A stretch of 64,000 nt of DNA, taken from contig CAXHJY010001538.1 in NCBI GenBank assembly GCA_964016885.1, forward strand, positions 14,250 to 78,249, written 5' to 3'. Made by a program: the position numbers and the translations under genes. Positions within the stretch are counted from its first letter, which is position 1. Every line of letters starts with the position of its first letter. This document shows, in pieces, positions 1-12,799 of this stretch. Source of the stretch: Eledone cirrhosa (lineage: Eukaryota). Below the pieces are notes generated by a model that saw only the letters and a program-made list of their open reading frames with translations, was not told the origin of the DNA and made no database searches.

Positions 1-1899
1 TTTTAGGAATTTTAGGAATTATTTTGAATTTTTGGAATTTTATGAATTTTTATGAATTTTATGAATTTTATGAATTTTATGAATTTTTGGAATTTTAGGA
101 ATTTTATGAATCTTAGGAATTTTATGAACTTTGTGAATTTTAGGAATTTTAATTTTATGAATTTTTGGAATTTGAGGAATTTTAGGAATTTTATGAATTT
201 TAGGAATTTTACGAATTTTAGGAATTTTAGGAATTTTAAGAATTTTAGGAATTTCGAGGAATTTTTTTGAATTTTCGGAATTTTATGTATTTTTAGGAAT
301 TTTAGGAATTTTAGGAATTTTAGGAATTTTAGGAATTTTAGGAATTTTAGGAATTTTATGAATTTTAGGAATTTTAGGAATTTTAGGAATTTTAGGAATT
401 TTAGTAATTTTAGGAATTTTAAGAATTTTAGGAATTTTAGGAATTTTTTGGAATTTTCGGAATTTTATGAATTTTTAGGAATTTTATGAATTTTAGGAAT
501 GTTATGAATTTTATGAATTTTTGGAATTTTAGGAATTTTATGAATTTTAGGAATTTTTGGAATTTTATGAAATTTATGAATTTTATGAATTTTAGAAATG
601 TTATGAATTTTAGGAATTTTAGGAATTTTAGGAATTTTAGGAATTTTAAGAATTTTAGGAATTTTAGGAATTATTTTGAATTTTTGGAATTTTATGAATT
701 TTTATGAATTTTATGAATTTTATGAATTTTATGAATTTTTGGAATTTTAGGAATTTTAGGAATCTTAGGAATTTTATGAACTTTGTGAATTTTAGGAATT
801 TTAATTTTATGAATTTTTGGAATTTGAGGAATTTTAGGAATTTTATGAATTTTAGGAATTTTACGAATTTTAGGAATTTTAGGAATTTTATAAATTTTAT
901 GAATTTTAGGAATTTTATGAATTATATAAATTTTAGGAATTTTAGGAATTTTATGAATTTTATGAAATTTAAGAATCTTAGGAATTTTTTGAATTTTTTG
1001 AATTTTAGGAATTTTAAGAATTTTTCCGAATTTTCGTAATTTTATGAATTTTTAGGAATTTTATGAATTTTATGAATTTTATGAAATTTAAAATTTTAGT
1101 AATTTTAGGAATTTAAGGAATTTTTTGAATTTTAGGAATTTTAGGAATTTTAGGGATTTCTATGAATTTTAGGAATTTTAGGAATTTTAGGAATTTTTAG
1201 AAATTTTAGGAATTTTAGGAATTTTCGGAATTTTATGAATTTTTATGAATTTTATGAATTTTAGTAATTTTATGAATTTTAGTAATTTTATGAATTTTAG
1301 GATTTTTATGAATTTTTTGAATTTTAGGAATTTTTGGAATTTTAGGAATTTTAGGAATTTTTGGAATTTTATGAATTTTATGAATTTTTGGAATTTTAGG
1401 AATTTTAGGAATATTAGGAATTTTATGAACTTTTTGAATTTTAGGAATTTTAATTTTATGAATATTTGGAATTTGAGGAATTTTAGGGATTTTATGAATT
1501 TTAGGAATTTTACGAATTTTGGAATTTTAGGAATTTTAGGAATTTTAGGAATTTTACGAATTTTGTAATTTTAGGAATTTTATGAATTTTAGGAATTTTA
1601 TGAATTTTATGAATTTTATGAATTTTATGAATTTTATGAATTTTAGGAATTTTAATAATTTTAGGAATTTTAGGAATTTTTTGAATTTTGGGAATTTTAG
1701 GAATTTTAGGAATGTTATGAATTTTATGAATTTTAGGAATTTTAGGAATTTTAGGATTTTTATGAATTTTATGAATTTTATGAATTTCATGAATTTTATG
1801 AATTTTTGAAGTTTTAGGAATTTTAGGAATTTTAGGAATTTAGGAATTTTAGGAATTTTAGGAATTTAGGAATTTTAGAAATTTTTGGAATATTAGGAT

Positions 1900-4800
1900 T
1901 TATGAATTTTAAGAATTTTAGGAATTTTTTGGAATTTTCGGAATTTTAGGAATTTTTAGAAATTTTAGGTATTTTAGGAATTTTATGAATGTTATGAATT
2001 TTAGGAATTTTGGGAATTTTATGAATTTTATGAATTTTAGAAATGTTATGAATTTTAGGAATTTTAGGAATTTTAGGAATTTTAAGAATTTTAGGAATTT
2101 TAGGAATTTTAGGATTTTTATGAATTTTTGGAATTTTAGGAATTTTAGGAATTTTGCGAATTTTAGGAATTTTAGGAATTTTAGGAATTTTAGGAATTTT
2201 AGGAATTTTAGGATTTTTATGAATTTTTGGAATTTTAGGAATTTTAGGAATTTTAGGAATTTTAGGAATTTTAGGAATTTTATGAATTTTAGTAATTTTA
2301 GTAATTTTAGGAATTTTAGGAATTTTAGAAATTTTTGGAATATTAGGATTTATGAATTTTAAGAATTTTAGGAATTTTGAGGAATTTTTTTGAATTTTCG
2401 GAATTTTATGTATTTTTAGGAATTTTAGGAATTTTAGGAATTTTAGGAATTTTAGAAATTTTAGGAATTTTAGGAATTTTATGAATTTTAGTAATTTTAG
2501 TAATTTTAGGAATTTTAGGAATTTTAGAAATTTTTGGAATATTAGGATTTATGAATTTTAAGAATTTTAGGAATTTTGAGGAATTTTTTTGAATTTTCGG
2601 AATTTTATGTATTTTTAGGAATTTTAGGAATTTTAGGAATTTTAGGAATTTTAGGAATTTTTGGAATTTTAGGAATTTTATGAATTTTAAGAATTTTAGG
2701 AATTTCGAGGAATTTTTTTGAATTTTCGGAATTTTATGTATTTTTAGGAATTTTAGGAATTTTAGGAATTTTAGGAATTTTAGGAATTTTTGGAATTTTA
2801 GGAATTTTATGAATTTTAAGAATTTTAGGAATTTCGAGGAATTTTTTTGAATTTTCGGAATTTTATGTATTTTTAGGAATTTTAGGAATTTTATGAATTT
2901 TATGAATTTTATGAATTTTATGAATTTTAGTAATTTTAGGAATTTCGAGGAATTTTTTTGAATTTTCGGAATTTTATGTATTTTTAGGAATTTTAGGAAT
3001 TTTATGAATTTTATGAATTTTAGGAATTTTATGAATTTTAGTAATTTTAGGAATTTTAAGAATTTTAGGAACTTTAGGAATTTTAGGATTTTTATGAATT
3101 TTTAGAATTTTAGGAATTTTAGGAATTTTAGGAATTTTAGGAATTTTAGGAATTTTATGAATTTTAGTAATTTTAGGAATTTGAGGAATTTTAGAAATTT
3201 TTGGAATATTAGGATTTATGAATTTTAAGAATTTTAGGAATTTTGAGGAATTTTTTTTAATTTTCGGAATTTTATGTATTTTTAGGAATTTTAGGAATTT
3301 TAGAATTTTAGGAATTTTAGGAATTTTATGAATTTTAGTAATTTTAGGAATTTTAAGAATTTTAGGAATTTTAGGAATTTTAGGAATTTTATGAATTTTA
3401 GTAATTTTAGGAATTTTAAGAATTTTAGGAATTTTAGGAATTTTAGGATTTTTATGAATTTTTGGAATTTTAGGAATTTTAGGAATTTTAGGAATTTTAG
3501 GAATTTTAGAAATTTTATGAATTTTAGTAATTTTAGGAATTTTAGGAATTTTAGGAATTTTAGAAATTTTTGGAATATTAGGATTTATGAATTTTAAGAA
3601 TTTTAGGAATTTTGAGGAATTTTTTTGAATTTTCGGAATTTTATGTATTTTTAGGAATTTTAGGAATTTTAGGAATTTTAGGAATTTTAGGAATTTTTGG
3701 AATTTTAGGAATTTTAGGAATTTTAGGAATTTTAGGATATTTATGAATTTTTGGAATTTTAGGAATTTTAGGAATTTTAGGAATTTTAGGAATTTTAGGA
3801 ATTTTATGAATTTTAGTAATTTTAGGAATTTTAGGAATTTTAGGAATTTTAGGAATTTTTAGAATTTTAGGAATTTTAGGAATTTTATGAATTTTAGGAA
3901 TTTTAGGAATTTTAGGAATTTTAGGAATTTTAGAAATTTTTGGAATATTAGGATTTATGAATTTTAAGAATTTTAGAAATTTTTTGGAATTTTCGGACTT
4001 TTAGGAATTTTTAGAAATTTTAGGTATTTTTCGGAATTTTATGAATTTTAGGAATTTTGAGGAATTTTTTTGAATTTTCGGAATTTTATGTATTTTTAGG
4101 AATTTTAGGAATTTTAGGAATTTTAGGAATTTTAGGAATTTTTGGAATTTTAGGAATTTTAGGAATTTTATGAATGTTATGAATTTTAGGAATTTTGGGA
4201 ATTTTATGAATTTTATGAATTTTAGAAATGTTATGAATTTTAGGAATTTTAGGAATTTTAGGAATTTTAGGAATTTTAGGAATTTTAGAAATTTTTGGAA
4301 TATTAGGATTTATGAATTTTAAGAATTTTAGGAATTTTGAGGAATTTTTTTGAATTTTCGGAATTTTATGTATTTTTAGGAATTTTAGGAATTTTAGGAA
4401 TTTTAGGAATTTTAGGAATTTTTGGAATTTTATGAATTTTATGAATTTTAAGAATTTTAGGAATTTCGAGGAATTTTTTTGAATTTTCGGAATTTTATGT
4501 ATTTTTAGGAATTTTAGGAATTTTAGGAATTTTAGGAATTTTTGGAATTTTTGGAATTTTAGGAATTTTATGAATTTTAAGAATTTTAGGAATTTCGAGG
4601 AATTTTTTTGAATTTTCGGAATTTTATGTATTTTTAGGAATTTTAGGAATTTTATGAATTTTATGAATTTTAGGAATTTTATGAATTTTAGTAATTTTAG
4701 GAATTTTAAGAATTTTAGGAATTTTAGGAATTTTAGGATTTTTATGAATTTTTGGAATTTTGGAATTTTAGGAATTTTAGGATTTTTATGAATTTTTGGA

Positions 4801-7800
4801 ATTTTAGGAATTTTAGGAATTTTAGGAATCTTAGGAATTTTAGGAATTTTAGGAATTTTAGTAATTTTAGGAATTTTGAGGAATTTTTTTGAATTTTCGG
4901 AATTTTATGTATTTTTAGGAATTTTAGGAATTTTAGGAATTTTAGGAATTTTAGAAATTTTTGGAATATTAGGATTTATGAATTTTAAGAATTTTAGGAA
5001 TTTTTTGGAATTTTCGGAATTTTCGGAATTTTTAGAAATTTTAGGTATTTTAGGAATTTTATGTATGTTATGAATTTTAGGAATTTTGGGAATTTTATGA
5101 ATTTTATGAATTTTAGATATGTTATGAATTTTAGGAATTTTAGGAATTTTAGGAATTTTAAGAATTTTAGGAATTTTAGGAATTTTAGGATTTTTATGAA
5201 TTTTTGGAATTTTAGGAATTTTAGGAATTTTGCGAATTTTAGGAATTTTAGGAATTTTAGGAATTTTAGGAATTTTAGGAATTTTAGGAATTTTAGGAAT
5301 TTTAGGAATTTTAGGAATTTTAGGAATTTTTGGAATTTTAGGAATTTTAGGAATTTTAGGAATTTTAGGAATTTTAGGAATTTTATGAATTTTAGTAATT
5401 TTAGGAATTTTAGGAATTTTAGGAATTTTAGAAATTTTTGGAATATTAGGATTTATGAATTTTAAGAATTTTAGGAATTTTGAGGAATTTTATTGAATTT
5501 TCGGAATTTTATGTATTTTTAGGAATTTTAGGAATTTTAGGAATTTTAGGAATTTTAGAAATTTTAGGAATTTTAGGAATTTTATGAATTTTAGTAATTT
5601 TAGGAATATTAGGATTTATGAATTTTAAGAATTTTAGGAATTTTGAGGAATTTTTTTGAATTTTCGGAATTTTATGTATTATTAGGAATTTTAGGAATTT
5701 TAGGAATTTTAGGAATTTTAGGAATTTTTGGAATTTTATGAATTTTATGAATTTTAAGAATTTTAGGAATTTCGAGGAATTTTTTTGAATTTTCGGAATT
5801 TTATGTATTTTTAGGAATTTTAGGAATTTTAGGAATTTTAGGAATTTTAGGAATTTTTGGAATTTTAGGAATTTTATGAATTTTAAGAATTTTAGGAATT
5901 TCGAGGAATTTTTTTGAATTTTCGGAATTTTATGTATTTTTAGGAATTTTAGGAATTTTATGAATTTTATGAATTTTAGGAATTTTATGAATTTTAGTAA
6001 TTTTAGGAATTTTAAGAATTTTAGGAACTTTAGGAATTTTAGGATTTTTATGAATTTTTGGAATTTTAGGAATTTTAGGAATTTTAGGAATTTTATGAAT
6101 TTTAGTAATTTTAGGAATTTGAGGAATTTTAGAAATTTTTGGAATATTAGGATTTATGAATTTTAAGAATTTTAGGAATTTTGAGGAATTTATTTTAATT
6201 TTCGGAATTTTATGTATTTTTAGGAATTTTAGGAATTTTAGAATTTTAGGAATTTTAGGAATTTTATGAATTTTAGTAATTTTAGGAATTTTAAGAATTT
6301 TCGGAATTTTATGTATTTTTAGGAATTTTAGGAATTTTAGGAATTTTAGGAATTTTAGGAATTTTTGGAATTTTAGGAATTTTAGGAATTTTATGAATGT
6401 TATGAATTTTAGGAATTCTGGGAATTTTATGAATTTTATGAATTTTAGAAATGTTATGAATTTTAGGAATTTTAGGAATTTTAGGAATTTTAGGAATTTT
6501 AGGAATTTTAGAAATTTTTGGAATATTAGGATTTATGAATTTTAAGAATTTTAGGAATTTTGAGGAATTTTTTTGAATTTTCGGAATTTTATGTATTTTT
6601 AGGAATTTTAGGAATTTTAGGAATTTTAGGAATTTTAGGAATTTTTGGAATTTTATGAATTTTATGAATTTTAAGAATTTTAGGAATTTCGAGGAATTTT
6701 TTTGAATTTTCGGAATTTTATGTATTTTTAGGAATTTTAGGAATTTTAGGAATTTTAGGAATTTTTGGAATTTTTGGAATTTTAGGAATTTTATGAATTT
6801 TAAGAATTTTAGGAATTTCGAGGAATTTTTTTGAATTTTCGGAATTTTATGTATTTTTAGGAATTTTATGAATTTTATGAATTTTATGAATTTTAGGAAT
6901 TTTATGAATTTTAGTAATTTTAGGAATTTTAAGAATTTTAGGAATTTTAGGAATTTTAGGATTTTTATTAATTTTTGGAATTTTGGAATTTTAGGAATTT
7001 TAGGATTTTTATGAATTTTTGGAATTTTAGGAATTTTAGGAATTTTAGGAATCTTAGGAATTTTAGGAATTTTAGGAATTTTAGTAATTTTAGGAATTTT
7101 GAGGAATTTTTTTGAATTTTCGGAATTTTATGTATTTTTAGGAATTTTAGGAATTTTAGGAATTTTAGGAATTTTAGAAATTTTTGGAATATTAGGATTT
7201 ATGAATTTTAAGAATTTTAGGAATTTTTTGGAATTTTCGGAATTTTCGGAATTTTTAGAAATTTTAGGTATTTTAGGAATTTTATGTATGTTATGAATTT
7301 TAGGAATTTTGGGAATTTTATGAATTTTATGAATTTTAGATATGTTATGAATTTTAGGAATTTTAGGAATTTTAGGAATTTTAAGAATTTTAGGAATTTT
7401 AGGAATTTTAGGATTTTTATGAATTTTTGGAATTTTAGGAATTTTAGGAATTTTGCGAATTTTAGGAATTTTAGGAATTTTAGGAATTTTAGGAATTTTA
7501 GGAATTTTAGGATTTTTATGAATTTTTGGAATTTTAGGAATTTTAGGAATTTTAGGAATTTTAGGAATTTTAGGAATTTTATGAATTTTAGTAATTTTAG
7601 TAATTTTAGGAATTTTAGGAATTTTAGAAATTTTTGGAATATTAGGATTTATGAATTTTAAGAATTTTAGGAATTTTGAGGAATTTTTTTGAATTTTCGG
7701 AATTTTATGTATTTTTAGGAATTTTAGGAATTTTAGGAATTTTAGGAATTTTAGAAATTTTAGGAATTTTAGGAATTTTATGAATTTTAGTAATTTTAGT

Positions 7801-10800
7801 AATTTTAGGAATTTTAGGAATTTTAGAAATTTTTGGAATATTAGGATTTATGAATTTTAAGAATTTTAGGAATTTTGAGGAATTTTTTTGAATTTTCGGA
7901 ATTTTATGTATTTTTAGGAATTTTAGGAATTTTAGGAATTTTAGGAATTTTAGGAATTTTTGGAATTTTAGGAATTTTATGAATTTTAAGAATTTTAGGA
8001 ATTTCGAGGAATTTTTTTGAATTTTCGGAATTTTATGTATTTTTAGGAATTTTAGGAATTTTAGGAATTTTAGGAATTTTAGGAATTTTAGGAATTTTTG
8101 GAATTTTAGGAATTTTATGAATTTTAAGAATTTTAGGAATTTCGAGGAATTTTTTTGAATTTTCGGAATTTTATGTATTTTTAGGAATTTTAGGAATTTT
8201 ATGAATTTTATGAATTTTATGAATTTTATGAATTTTAGTAATTTTAGGAATTTCGAGGAATTTTTTTGAATTTTCGGAATTTTATGTATTTTTAGGAATT
8301 TTAGGAATTTTATGAATTTTATGAATTTTAGGAATTTTATGAATTTTAGTAATTTTAGGAATTTTAAGAATTTTAGGAACTTTAGGAATTTTAGGATTTT
8401 TATGAATTTTTAGAATTTTAGGAATTTTAGGAATTTTAGGAATTTTAGGAATTTTAGGAATTTTATGAATTTTAGTAATTTTAGGAATTTGAGGAATTTT
8501 AGAAATTTTTGGAATATTAGGATTTATGAATTTTAAGAATTTTAGGAATTTTGAGGAATTTTTTTTAATTTTCGGAATTTTATGTATTTTTAGGAATTTT
8601 AGGAATTTTAGAATTTTAGGAATTTTAGGAATTTTATGAATTTTAGTAATTTTAGGAATTTTAAGAATTTTAGGAATTTTAGGAATTTTAGGAATTTTAT
8701 GAATTTTAGTAATTTTAGGAATTTTAAGAATTTTAGGAATTTTAGGAATTTTAGGATTTTTATGAATTTTTGGAATTTTAGGAATTTTAGGAATTTTAGG
8801 AATTTTAGGAATTTTAGAAATTTTATGAATTTTAGTAATTTTAGGAATTTTAGGAATTTTAGGAATTTTAGAAATTTTTGGAATATTAGGATTTATGAAT
8901 TTTAAGAATTTTAGGAATTTTGAGGAATTTTTTTGAATTTTCGGAATTTTATGTATTTTTAGGAATTTTAGGAATTTTAGGAATTTTAGGAATTTTAGGA
9001 ATTTTTGGAATTTTAGGAATTTTAGGAATTTTAGGAATTTTAGGATATTTATGAATTTTTGGAATTTTAGGAATTTTAGGAATTTTAGGAATTTTAGGAA
9101 TTTTAGGAATTTTATGAATTTTAGTAATTTTAGGAATTTTAGGAATTTTAGGAATTTTAGGAATTTTTAGAATTTTAGGAATTTTAGGAATTTTATGAAT
9201 TTTAGGAATTTTAGGAATTTTAGGAATTTTAGGAATTTTAGAAATTTTTGGAATATTAGGATTTATGAATTTTAAGAATTTTAGAAATTTTTTGGAATTT
9301 TCGGACTTTTAGGAATTTTTAGAAATTTTAGGTATTTTTCGGAATTTTATGAATTTTAGGAATTTTGAGGAATTTTTTTGAATTTTCGGAATTTTATGTA
9401 TTTTTAGGAATTTTAGGAATTTTAGGAATTTTAGGAATTTTAGGAATTTTTGGAATTTTAGGAATTTTAGGAATTTTATGAATGTTATGAATTTTAGGAA
9501 TTTTGGGAATTTTATGAATTTTATGAATTTTAGAAATGTTATGAATTTTAGGAATTTTAGGAATTTTAGGAATTTTAGGAATTTTAGGAATTTTAGAAAT
9601 TTTTGGAATATTAGGATTTATGAATTTTAAGAATTTTAGGAATTTTGAGGAATTTTTTTGAATTTTCGGAATTTTATGTATTTTTAGGAATTTTAGGAAT
9701 TTTAGGAATATTAGGAATTTTAGGAATTTTTGGAATTTTATGAATTTTATGAATTTTAAGAATTTTAGGAATTTCGAGGAATTTTTTTGAATTTTCGGAA
9801 TTTTATGTATTTTTAGGAATTTTAGGAATTTTAGGAATTTTAGGAATTTTTGGAATTTTTGGAATTTTAGGAATTTTATGAATTTTAAGAATTTTAGGAA
9901 TTTCGAGGAATTTTTTTGAATTTTCGGAATTTTATGTATTTTTAGGAATTTTAGGAATTTTATGAATTTTATGAATTTTAGGAATTTTATGAATTTTAGT
10001 AATTTTAGGAATTTTAAGAATTTTAGGAATTTTAGGAATTTTAGGATTTTTATGAATTTTTGGAATTTTGGAATTTTAGGAATTTTAGGATTTTTATGAA
10101 TTTTTGGAATTTTAGGAATTTTAGGAATTTTAGGAATCTTAGGAATTTTAGGAATTTTAGGAATTTTAGTAATTTTAGGAATTTTGAGGAATTTTTTTGA
10201 ATTTTCGGAATTTTATGTATTTTTAGGAATTTTAGGAATTTTAGGAATTTTAGGAATTTTAGAAATTTTTGGAATATTAGGATTTATGAATTTTAAGAAT
10301 TTTAGGAATTTTTTGGAATTTTCGGAATTTTCGGAATTTTTAGAAATTTTAGGTATTTTAGGAATTTTATGTATGTTATGAATTTTAGGAATTTTGGGAA
10401 TTTTATGAATTTTATGAATTTTAGGTATGTTATGAATTTTAGGAATTTTAGGAATTTTAGGAATTTTAAGAATTTTAGGAATTTTAGGAATTTTAGGATT
10501 TTTATGAATTTTTGGAATTTTAGGAATTTTAGGAATTTTGCGAATTTTAGGAATTTTAGGAATTTTAGGAATTTTAGGAATTTTAGGAATTTTAGGAATT
10601 TTAGGAATTTTAGGAATTTTAGGAATTTTAGGAATTTTTGGAATTTTAGGAATTTTAGGAATTTTAGGAATTTTAGGAATTTTAGGAATTTTATGAATTT
10701 TAGTAATTTTAGGAATTTTAGGAATTTTAGGAATTTTAGAAATTTTTGGAATATTAGGATTTATGAATTTTAAGAATTTTAGGAATTTTGAGGAATTTTA

Positions 10801-12799
10801 TTGAATTTTCGGAATTTTATGTATTTTTAGGAATTTTAGGAATTTTAGGAATTTTAGGAATTTTAGAAATTTTAGGAATTTTAGGAATTTTATGAATTTT
10901 AGTAATTTTAGGAATATTAGGATTTATGAATTTTAAGAATTTTAGGAATTTTGAGGAATTTTTTTGAATTTTCGGAATTTTATGTATTATTAGGAATTTT
11001 AGGAATTTTAGGAATTTTAGGAATTTTAGGAATTTTTGGAATTTTATGAATTTTATGAATTTTAAGAATTTTAGGAATTTCGAGGAATTTTTTTGAATTT
11101 TCGGAATTTTATGTATTTTTAGGAATTTTAGGAATTTTAGGAATTTTAGGAATTTTAGGAATTTTTGGAATTTTAGGAATTTTATGAATTTTAAGAATTT
11201 TAGGAATTTCGAGGAATTTTTTTGAATTTTCGGAATTTTATGTATTTTTAGGAATTTTAGGAATTTTATGAATTTTATGAATTTTAGGAATTTTATGAAT
11301 TTTAGTAATTTTAGGAATTTTAAGAATTTTAGGAACTTTAGGAATTTTAGGATTTTTATGAATTTTTGGAATTTTAGGAATTTTAGGAATTTTAGGAATT
11401 TTATGAATTTTAGTAATTTTAGGAATTTGAGGAATTTTAGAAATTTTTGGAATATTAGGATTTATGAATTTTAAGAATTTTAGGAATTTTGAGGAATTTA
11501 TTTTAATTTTCGGAATTTTATGTATTTTTAGGAATTTTAGGAATTTTAGAATTTTAGGAATTTTAGGAATTTTATGAATTTTAGTAATTTTAGGAATTTT
11601 AAGAATTTTCGGAATTTTATGTATTTTTAGGAATTTTAGGAATTTTAGGAATTTTAGGAATTTTAGGAATTTTTGGAATTTTAGGAATTTTAGGAATTTT
11701 ATGAATGTTATGAATTTTAGGAATTCTGGGAATTTTATGAATTTTATGAATTTTAGAAATGTTATGAATTTTAGGAATTTTAGGAATTTTAGGAATTTTA
11801 GGAATTTTAGGAATTTTAGAAATTTTTGGAATATTAGGATTTATGAATTTTAAGAATTTTAGGAATTTTGAGGAATTTTTTTGAATTTTCGGAATTTTAT
11901 GTATTTTTAGGAATTTTAGGAATTTTAGGAATTTTAGGAATTTTAGGAATTTTTGGAATTTTATGAATTTTATGAATTTTAAGAATTTTAGGAATTTCGA
12001 GGAATTTTTTTGAATTTTCGGAATTTTATGTATTTTTAGGAATTTTAGGAATTTTAGGAATTTTAGGAATTTTTGGAATTTTTGGAATTTTAGGAATTTT
12101 ATGAATTTTAAGAATTTTAGGAATTTCGAGGAATTTTTTTGAATTTTCGGAATTTTATGTATTTTTAGGAATTTTATGAATTTTATGAATTTTATGAATT
12201 TTAGGAATTTTATGAATTTTAGTAATTTTAGGAATTTTAAGAATTTTAGGAATTTTAGGAATTTTAGGATTTTTATTAATTTTTGGAATTTTGGAATTTT
12301 AGGAATTTTAGGATTTTTATGAATTTTTGGAATTTTAGGAATTTTAGGAATTTTAGGAATCTTAGGAATTTTAGGAATTTTAGGAATTTTAGTAATTTTA
12401 GGAATTTTGAGGAATTTTTTTGAATTTTCGGAATTTTATGTATTTTTAGGAATTTTAGGAATTTTAGGAATTTTAGGAATTTTAGAAATTTTTGGAATAT
12501 TAGGATTTATGAATTTTAAGAATTTTAGGAATTTTTTGGAATTTTCGGAATTTTCGGAATTTTTAGAAATTTTAGGTATTTTAGGAATTTTATGTATGTT
12601 ATGAATTTTAGGAATTTTGGGAATTTTATGAATTTTATGAATTTTAGATATGTTATGAATTTTAGGAATTTTAGGAATTTTAGGAATTTTAAGAATTTTA
12701 GGAATTTTAGGAATTTTAGGATTTTTATGAATTTTTGGAATTTTAGGAATTTTAGGAATTTTGCGAATTTTAGGAATTTTAGGAATTTTAGGAATTTTA
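1900..12799 (+). repeat. Nested ~5.3-kb tandem duplication (period 5,299-5,308 bp) containing a 2,223-bp sub-period; repeated at ~15270-26166
   Basis: Offsets 3328/8636, 4876/10184, 5960/11268, 7099/12407 and CGGACT 3994/9302 are all 5,308. 1985/7284 is 5,299 (one 9-mer fewer). 4876/7099 and 10184/12407 are 2,223. Boundaries are approximate. Confidence 0.9.
2330..2420 (+). repeat. Signature cassette of the 9-mer array (one example; full or partial copies recur every ~110-300 bp through most of the array)
   Basis: Fixed unit order AATTTTTGG-AATATTAGG-ATTTATG-AATTTTAAG-AATTTTAGG-AATTTTGAGG (or AATTTCGAGG)-AATTTTTTTG-AATTTTCGG-AATTTTATG-TATTTTTAGG. CGAGG at 2706, 2835 and 2946 gives spacings of 129 and 111 (9n+3). 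Confidence 0.9.
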
